A program made the translations under genes and the position numbers. Shown here piece by piece: positions 57,488 through 64,000 of a stretch of DNA of 64,000 nucleotides. Position 1 is the first letter of the stretch. Every line of letters begins with the position of its first letter. The stretch comes from an uncultured virus (IMG/VR IMGVR_UViG_3300009034_000863) (Duplodnaviria > Heunggongvirae > Uroviricota > Caudoviricetes). The notes under the pieces are model-generated. The model saw only the letters and a list, made by a program, of their open reading frames with translations. It was not told where the DNA came from and made no database searches. The stretch lies in the IMG/VR virus record IMGVR_UViG_3300009034_000863; one strand, given 5' to 3'.

Positions 57488-57972
57488 AACTAAAAGGGGT
57501 ATCACTCTTGTCTTCAGGTATATACTCAAAAACAGAGAAAGCTATAATGGGATGGACGTTAGCTACCAGAGGGTATATATCGCTTAACTGGAAATACAAG
57601 AAGACAGGAGACAACAATCTCTCTTTCTTTTTATGTCCTGTTGTTGGAATTATAAACACTGATTTTCATTTTCTAGAGAAATGGTTAGAAATTGTTAAAG
57701 TTGGCAGAATAAGACCTAGAGGACTTCCAAGAAGAGGAAAACAAGAATATATCTGGCATATTAATAAACAGAATGTTGTATATGATATTCTGACCAATGC
57801 ACTCCCTTACATACATGTTCAGGAGAAAAAAAGACTAGCAGAATTAGTCTTGGAATTCTGTGATTCTAGAAAATTGGGAGGACTCAAGAAAAAGCCTTAC
57901 TCCCAAAGGGAGAAGGAAATAGCAGATGAGATTTCTGCAATAAATAAAAATAGGAGAGGAGGAAGGAATTGA
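57466..57972 (+). CDS. free-standing LAGLIDADG homing endonuclease-like protein, catalytic motif degenerate
   Basis: MGWTLATRG in place of LAGLIDADG; I.NTD, Y.W.I, LPY...KKR.AELVLEFC.SR, YS.RE.EI. Confidence 0.75.
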   Translation: MELWILLELKGVSLLSSGIYSKTEKAIMGWTLATRGYISLNWKYKKTGDNNLSFFLCPVVGIINTDFHFLEKWLEIVKVGRIRPRGLPRRGKQEYIWHINKQNVVYDILTNALPYIHVQEKKRLAELVLEFCDSRKLGGLKKKPYSQREKEIADEISAINKNRRGGRN

Positions 57973-58322
57973 GTAAAGAAACGAGAAAAGTCGCTGAAAT
58001 AGGGGACTTAGTGGATACAGAAGCAGAGAAATGGGTACATATAGATCTAATAGACAAAGAAGTACGTATCAAGAAGATATTACTTGGTTCAATGGGGAAG
58101 ATTTCTCAGCAAGCAGGTGAGGACCCATTTGAGAATCTAATATTAATGCTTCTTCAAGGTCTAATAGAACCCAAGCTTACGAGAGAACAGATTGAGAACA
58201 TGGAACCTTTGAAAGCCAATGAGATTGGAATGGCTATAGCAGACTTCAGTGGAATGACTAAGGAAGCAGCTAAAGGTGTAAGAAATTTATCAGAAGCGAC
58301 TACGGTTTCTCCATCTGGTTAA
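57969..58322 (+). CDS. tail assembly chaperone (gpG-like)
   Basis: EV.IKK, GLIEPKLT.EQI, I.DFSG; lies before the tape measure gene. Confidence 0.8.
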   Translation: MSKETRKVAEIGDLVDTEAEKWVHIDLIDKEVRIKKILLGSMGKISQQAGEDPFENLILMLLQGLIEPKLTREQIENMEPLKANEIGMAIADFSGMTKEAAKGVRNLSEATTVSPSG

Positions 58323-58471
58323 TAATGCATGAGTTTAACATAGCTGATCCAAAGGTGATAGCAAGCTGGACTCCAGAGTTTCTGTACTTTCTGTCAGAAG
58401 GGCTGGAGAGATATAACAAGGAAATATCAAGGGCAAGGAAAAAGGCATCGAGAAGAGCTAGGAGGAGATAA
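58283..58471 (+). CDS. -1 frameshift extension of the tail chaperone (gpGT-like)
   Basis: Slippery A-AAT-TTA at 58283-58289; the -1 frame is open (IRSDYGFSIWLIMHEF...SWTPEF...RRARRR) to TAA 58469-58471. Confidence 0.8.
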   Translation, partial: KFIRSDYGFSIWLIMHEFNIADPKVIASWTPEFLYFLSEGLERYNKEISRARKKASRRARRR

Positions 58472-58516
58472 CCTAAATATCCCCTATTTTTATATTAATG
58501 TAGGGAGGAATTAAAA

Positions 58517-61500
58517 ATGGGAGCAGCAGAACCAGGAAGACCTGTATCGAATATACTTATAAAGTGTTTTATTGAGTGTAGAGAAACGACCAGAAGACTA
58601 AAGACTCTACAGAAAGAACAGAAGAAAACTATGGCAGCAGGGAAGCAATTAGCAGATGGACAGAAACAAATACAGAATGCATGTTCAAAAACAGGTAACA
58701 CATTGAGGGAAGTTACAGAAGGTCTTACTGAACTGAAAGATGCTTATCAATTCACTCCCAAGATAGATGTTGGAGCTACTATTTCTAAACTAGAACAGTT
58801 AATGAAGAAAGAAATAGAGCTAGAGAAACAATTTGGTAAACTTCAAGACTCCATGATGAAGAAGATGAAGATAGGAGATGTAGAGGGAGTCAAGAAGTTA
58901 AGATCAGATATTACAGTTTTAATGGGTAATATGAGGGAACTTCGAGAAACAAGAAAGGGAATGATAGAAGACCTCAGAAGGGAAGTACCAGGAATTAAAG
59001 TTCCTTTATATGTAGAATCTAAACAAGCATTTCAGAGTATTGGAGAATTAAATAGGCAAAGAGATGAGATAAAGAAACGACAAGAAGGTGTAATGAAAAG
59101 TTGGATTAAAGCATCTAAAGAAGGATCTACAGAGTTAGCAGAAGGATATAGGAAACAATTTGAGACTATGAATACTGAATTAGGAGGTCTTCAGACTACT
59201 ATGGAAAGTCTTGTTGGACCAAGGATTTCAGTAGACTATATGATGACACCTCCACCACAAGAAGTAGGAAGATATATGCTTCAAGAAATCAACAGCATTC
59301 AAGAAAGGATCAAGGGAATAATAAGTGAAGAATTGCCTCCCCAAACTGTAAAGATATATCCTGAAGTCTTTGAGAAATTAACACCAGAAAAAATAGTAGA
59401 GGGAATACCGATAGTAAAGGTGAAACAGGATGTAATTCAAGAAGTCACTAGGGTATTAAAAGAGCAACTTAAGATTCCAGAACCAGCCGTCCAAGAAATA
59501 ATTAGGAAAGTAGTAGAAGAACCAGAAGAGTTGCCAAGAGCAAGAGCTATGGTAGTAGAAATTAATAAGAGACTACTTATGAAAAATCTTAAGCCTTTAA
59601 CTGAAATGCAATCGACAGAACTAGAATTTGCAATGATGCCTACTGGAATGACAGAATTAGAAAACAGTATAAGAATACTTAAAGATGCTAGACAGTCACA
59701 CATAGATAATATTTCTGCTATGGTTACTGGTGGAAAAGCAGCAACAGAAGCAGGAAAAGGAAGAATAGAGTGGGAACAACGAGTCGCTGATGAATATACT
59801 AAAGTATTAGGTTTACTAGCTAGATTTCCTAAGATAGATATTGCAAAGAATATCAAAGCACAGGCTAGAAGTCTACTAGAAGTCTTAGAACAAGTTAAAG
59901 CGTCTATTCATGCATTACCTTCTACTCCAGAAGTTATGAAAGAGGGTACAAAAGATTTATTTATTAAATGTAAAGTGTTGTGTGAAGAAGCTACACAAAA
60001 GGTGCGAGAACTAACTACTCCAAAAGAAACACAGATAACATATCAAGCTAAGGTTCCTGTTGTCAGAGTAGAACCTTTAAAAGTATTAGTTGAATATGTA
60101 ACTGAAAAGTTTCCTGAAATAAAAATACCAGAATTAGTACAGAAAATAATTAGGGAGTACGAAGGAGATCTACCTCCAGAGACTTTGAAAGCAACTGTTG
60201 ATTATGTTTTAGGAAAGATACCTGAACTTCCAGAGGCTTTTCAGACTATAATATTTAGAAGAAAAGAATTGAAAGAACCACAGTTGAAAGAACTTACACA
60301 ATTTATTAATTTAGTTCATAAGGAAATGCCAAAGGTAAAGCCAGAAGACTATATAGCAGAAGGATTGGTAGAAGCTCCCAAAGTAGAGAAACCAGAGATA
60401 CCTGCTGCTGAAGTACCTATTACATGTAAATTAATCTGTATGAAGACTACTACTAAAAACCTAGGTAAAATTACTAAGCCAAAAGAAGTACCAATAGATC
60501 TTCCTCATGCAGGGGTTAAAAGAAGTGCTGGTCGAATAAATCAAAGCATTGGAAATATAGGGGCAGGGATGACTGGTCTTACAAGATCAATTGGCAGTTC
60601 ATTTGAAATGATGAGTGACAGAGCTGAAAGATTCAGAGCTACTCAGTTGAGATGGATCGGTCGAGACTTGATGAGAATAGGATTCATGATTACAATATAT
60701 GGTAGAATGTTCTCTGAGACTTTCCAGAAGGCTGCTAAAGCATCTGTGGATTTGGAAGGAGCATTGATGGATGTGGGAGATGTATTAGAAGACATAGCAG
60801 ATGTTATAGGAACTACTATTGCACCAATCATAGAGAGTCTAAGAGGACCATTAGAAATGGTACAGGATTTCTTAGAAACTCATGAAGCAATAGCAACAGT
60901 AGTGGGAATAGTCATATTACTTGGAACCGTCTTTGTAACTTTAGCTTCACAATTGTTCTCTATTATTGGAACTTTAACTGTTCTGAGATTTGGATTGCTA
61001 CAGATATCTGGTTCAGCATTAGGGGCAAAGACAGAAGTTAAAGGCTTAGGTGATATGTTTAAACTTTTGTTTGAAGTATTGTTGGGGGCTGCTAAAGTTC
61101 AACAAACAATAGTACAACAGTTAGGTCTTACACAGCAAGAAACTAAAGCATTTTCATCAGGAATAGATGATTCAATTGTAAAAATGGAAGCGTTTTTAGG
61201 GAGTGAACAGGCTTTAAACCAAGCAGGATATAAACTTACAGATGTTTTAAAACAACAAGAGGATGCTTTCAAAGAAATAGGAAAAACAAGTGCTGAAGCA
61301 GGTGAAAAAATAACTTCAGAATATTCTACTTTACATCCAGTTATGAGCAAACTTACAGAATCTTTTGAACAAACTTTTAAAGTATGGCAAGAAGGAAAAG
61401 ATGCAGCAGCAGCATTATTGAAAAATTCTGAAGAGTTAAGAAAGAAACAAGATGCATTAAAAGAAGCTACCAAGAGAAAAGATAGAGAAGGCTTAAAAGC

Positions 61501-64000
61501 AGAGATTGAACATTTACAGGGTCAAGTTGGACTTGGGGTAGCTTATAACCAATTACAGTCAGAAATTGTAAGGACCACTAAAGCAGGAAGAGATTATCAA
61601 AATAAAGCATTGAAAGGAATCAAGGCATCATCTGAAAAAGTTATTAAATCGACAGAGAAACATAAGGGTACTCTTTCTGGATTGGCTAGACAAATTAGAA
61701 TAAATGCTCAAGGAATAGTAGAAGCAGTAAAAGCATATAGGGAAGAACATAATTTGATTGGTAGAACTGAAAAGGCATTTCAAGCAGCAAAAGGAGCAGG
61801 TAAGAAGTTTGTAGGTCTTTTGAAATTAATTGGTAGAGGTGCACTCGGAGTATTTGGAAGTTTTGTATTGATGAAAACAATACAGCCAATCTTTGAAGGA
61901 TTAGAGGGTCCATTAGATGTTATAGCAGATGTAATTGGAGATGTGGTAGATGTAGTTCAACCATTTCTAGATGCATTTGCAGACTTTATTGAGTTCTTAG
62001 GAGAATTAGGACCAGTTGGTAAGGCAGCTCAAATAGCTATAGCAGCCTTACTTATTGGTCTAATGTTGTTCCCTAGACAGATGATAGAAGCAGTAGCTGG
62101 ATTAATTAAATTTATATTCCATATTGGAAGGGCAGGTACAGATTCTCTTACTATGGCTGAACAAGTCAAACAGAGTTTTACTAAAGTCGGACAGGCAGCA
62201 CATGGAAGTATTACTCCACTGGAACTATTCAGGTGGGAACTTCAGATGATACATGATCAGGGATTAAAGACTGCTCAGTCACTTCAGTTAGTAACGAGTC
62301 AAATGCAAAGAGCTATTACTACAGGAGGACATGCACAAGGTCTATTGAAACCAACTGAAGAATTAGGACAGATGTTTACAGGTACTGCACAAGCTGAAAT
62401 GGGTCTTGAAGGTGTTACCTTTGCTATGGAGAATGCTATAACTGTAGGAGATCAACTTGGAACTGTATTCGGAGATATGACAGAGAATATTCCAGTACAA
62501 CAGTTAAGTCAGGGTGCTTATGGATTTACATATATGACTCAGAAGGTAGAAGATGCCTCAGTTACTTTCGACAATGTAAGTAAAAATATGGCTTCAACTG
62601 TTCAAGTAACTTCTCAGATGGGAAAAGAATTTACTGGAACAGGTAAAGAAATATCTTCTTCACAGAAAGGACTGAAGGGTGCAGTTAAAGGATTGAAGGG
62701 ATTAGCAGCTGGAGCATTTAAGGGGTTTGCATATCTTACTTTGTTTGGTATAGCTCTAGAAGCATTGCAACCTGTGTTAGAACCTTTAGCTGAAGCTATG
62801 AGAATGATGTTTGAACCTTTAGAACCAATATTTGAGTTGATAGGAGACTGGGTAGAAGAGAATCCAGAATTAGTTCAAGGACTATTCCTTATGGTAGCAG
62901 GTCTATGGGCTGCTAATAAAATAATGGGTCCCTTTGGAGGAGTACTTGGAGTAATTGGTAAAGGATTAGGAGGATTAGGAACAGGAGCCGATACAGCGTC
63001 AGGCGGACTTAGTTCTTTTACTAAAGAAAGTGCTGCAAATCTTTTAGCAATAGCAGCTATAGTGGCAGCATTATCTTTACTAGTTAATTCATTTGCTAAT
63101 ATTGTTAAAGTCTTCAAAGAAAGTGAAATATCTATTGATCAATTTGTAGAAGTTTTAGCTGCTGTTTCAGTTGCAGCTGGAGGATTAGTTGCTGTTATAG
63201 GATTGATAGGTAAAGCATTTGGAGGTTCATTAGATACCGCTTTAGTCTTGGCTGGAATATCAGCAGTAGTCGCTGCTTTATCTCTAATGATTAATGCATT
63301 CTCAAGTTTTGTTAAGTCTGCTGGAGAATCAGGACAAGAAATAGGAGATATAATCAATTTAATACTTGCATTGTCAGTAGCTATGGCTATTCTTGTCGGT
63401 GTAATTGAATTAATGGCTGGAATAATGGGTAAGCTAGGTGGAACATGGAAGACTGCTTTGGGAGTAGGAGCAATAGCTGTAGTAGTAGGATCTTTATCTC
63501 TACTAGTAAACTCGTTTGGAGACTTCCTTAGAGCAGTTGGTGAATCTGGAATGGCAGCTCAAGACATTATCAATGTAATCAATGCAATGGCTGTAGCCAT
63601 GGGAGCATTAGTAACTGTTATTGGAATAATAGCAGTAATAATGGGTGCAACTGGTCCAATCGGATTAATAGCTGTAGGAGCTATAGCTGCTTTTGCAGCT
63701 CTAATAGCATCACTAGCTTTCTTAGTCACTGCTCTTGCTGAATTCATAAAGGGAATAGTTGAGATGGGTAAACACTGGAAGAAAGTTAAGAAGATGATAT
63801 TAGAAATAGGTCCGACTTTGATAAAAGGAATAGAAAATACTGTAGATGAAATATTGAGAGTAATAGAAACTAAAGTACCTGAATGGGTAAGGAAGTTTGC
63901 AGAAGGACTAAGGAAGATAGCAGATGCAATAACTTCAAATGCTCCTAGCATTATAGATTCTTTCTCTAGAATATTTAGTTCACTTGCGGACATAGTGATA
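58517..64000 (+). CDS. tape measure protein (3' end beyond the window, at least 1828 aa)
   Basis: GGGAGG SD and ATG at 58517. The frame is open wherever I translated it, including the window end, and the ORF track lists no terminated plus-strand ORF here. Helical, Ala/Gly-rich hydrophobic repeats; follows the tail chaperone. Confidence 0.9.
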   Translation, partial: MGAAEPGRPVSNILIKCFIECRETTRRLKTLQKEQKKTMAAGKQLADGQKQIQNACSKTGNTLREVTEGLTELKDAYQFTPKIDVGATISKLEQLMKKEIELEKQFGKLQDSMMKKMKIGDVEGVKKLRSDITVLMGNMRELRETRKGMIEDLRREVPGIKVPLYVESKQAFQSIGELNRQRDEIKKRQEGVMKSWIKASKEGSTELAEGYRKQFETMNTELGGLQTTMESLVGPRISVDYMMTPPPQEVGRYMLQEINSIQERIKGIISEELPPQTVKIYPEVFEKLTPEKIVEGIPIVKVKQDVIQEVTRVLKEQLKIPEPAVQEIIRKVVEEPEELPRARAMVVEINKRLLMKNLKPLTEMQSTELEFAMMPTGMTELENSIRILKDARQSHIDNISAMVTGGKAATEAGKGRIEWEQRVADEYTKVLGLLARFPKIDIAKNIKAQARSLLEVLEQVKASIHALPSTPEVMKEGTKDLFIKCKVLCEEATQKVRELTTPKETQITYQAKVPVVRVEPLKVLVEYVTEKFPEIKIPELVQKIIREYEGDLPPETLKATVDYVLGKIPELPEAFQTIIFRRKELKEPQLKELTQFINLVHKEMPKVKPEDYIAEGLVEAPKVEKPEIPAAEVPITCKLICMKTTTKNLGKITKPKEVPIDLPHAGVKRSAGRINQSIGNIGAGMTGLTRSIGSSFEMMSDRAERFRATQLRWIGRDLMRIGFMITIYGRMFSETFQKAAKASVDLEGALMDVGDVLEDIADVIGTTIAPIIESLRGPLEMVQDFLETHEAIATVVGIVILLGTVFVTLASQLFSIIGTLTVLRFGLLQISGSALGAKTEVKGLGDMFKLLFEVLLGAAKVQQTIVQQLGLTQQETKAFSSGIDDSIVKMEAFLGSEQALNQAGYKLTDVLKQQEDAFKEIGKTSAEAGEKITSEYSTLHPVMSKLTESFEQTFKVWQEGKDAAAALLKNSEELRKKQDALKEATKRKDREGLKAEIEHLQGQVGLGVAYNQLQSEIVRTTKAGRDYQNKALKGIKASSEKVIKSTEKHKGTLSGLARQIRINAQGIVEAVKAYREEHNLIGRTEKAFQAAKGAGKKFVGLLKLIGRGALGVFGSFVLMKTIQPIFEGLEGPLDVIADVIGDVVDVVQPFLDAFADFIEFLGELGPVGKAAQIAIAALLIGLMLFPRQMIEAVAGLIKFIFHIGRAGTDSLTMAEQVKQSFTKVGQAAHGSITPLELFRWELQMIHDQGLKTAQSLQLVTSQMQRAITTGGHAQGLLKPTEELGQMFTGTAQAEMGLEGVTFAMENAITVGDQLGTVFGDMTENIPVQQLSQGAYGFTYMTQKVEDASVTFDNVSKNMASTVQVTSQMGKEFTGTGKEISSSQKGLKGAVKGLKGLAAGAFKGFAYLTLFGIALEALQPVLEPLAEAMRMMFEPLEPIFELIGDWVEENPELVQGLFLMVAGLWAANKIMGPFGGVLGVIGKGLGGLGTGADTASGGLSSFTKESAANLLAIAAIVAALSLLVNSFANIVKVFKESEISIDQFVEVLAAVSVAAGGLVAVIGLIGKAFGGSLDTALVLAGISAVVAALSLMINAFSSFVKSAGESGQEIGDIINLILALSVAMAILVGVIELMAGIMGKLGGTWKTALGVGAIAVVVGSLSLLVNSFGDFLRAVGESGMAAQDIINVINAMAVAMGALVTVIGIIAVIMGATGPIGLIAVGAIAAFAALIASLAFLVTALAEFIKGIVEMGKHWKKVKKMILEIGPTLIKGIENTVDEILRVIETKVPEWVRKFAEGLRKIADAITSNAPSIIDSFSRIFSSLADIVI

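Noticed and set aside
57440..57980. Intron carrying the LAGLIDADG gene within the tail tube gene
   Set aside because: The tail tube and chaperone ORFs each look complete, and I could not identify a bulge-helix-bulge or group I core.
3307..63993. Numerous minus-strand ORFs in the ORF track
   Set aside because: Nearly all lie antisense to well-supported plus-strand genes, lack motifs, and have the F/L/S/I-rich composition expected from the reverse of purine-rich coding DNA.
1..64000. tRNA/rRNA genes, integrase/att sites, alternative genetic code
   Set aside because: No cloverleaf or rRNA-like segment and no recombinase recognised; genes are full length in the standard code, with TAA, TAG and TGA all used as stops.

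Overview
This window is a continuous, almost entirely plus-strand, AT-rich fragment of a large archaeal tailed virus (Caudoviricetes, probably siphovirus-like). Archaeal features include TATA-type promoters, an XPF/ERCC4 nuclease, a DHH protein, RPA, an archaeal-type PolB and an eS30 homologue, which points to a TACK (e.g. Bathyarchaeia) or Asgard host. Layout: 0-14 kb replication and nucleotide metabolism (dCMP deaminase, ERCC4, DHH, ATP-grasp, HAD, HD, RPA, ParB, PolB, degenerate primase); 14-20 kb small accessory ORFs and a DNA MTase; 21-25 kb holin-like protein, trypsin-like protease and phosphoesterase; 25-32 kb portal, class II RNR, eS30 homologue and a multidomain DNA ligase; 32-46 kb about 21 genes for glycan synthesis and modification; 46-64 kb virion module (repeat fibre, prohead protease/scaffold, HK97 MCP, neck, tail tube, frameshifted tail chaperone, and a tape measure ORF of more than 1800 aa that runs off the window). 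The most notable items are a viral eS30 with a remodelled middle segment, a second HK97-fold protein fused to an unrelated N-terminal domain in the early region, the large glycosylation island, and a candidate holin plus protease egress cassette. All assignments come from reading motifs by eye; no database searches were run.
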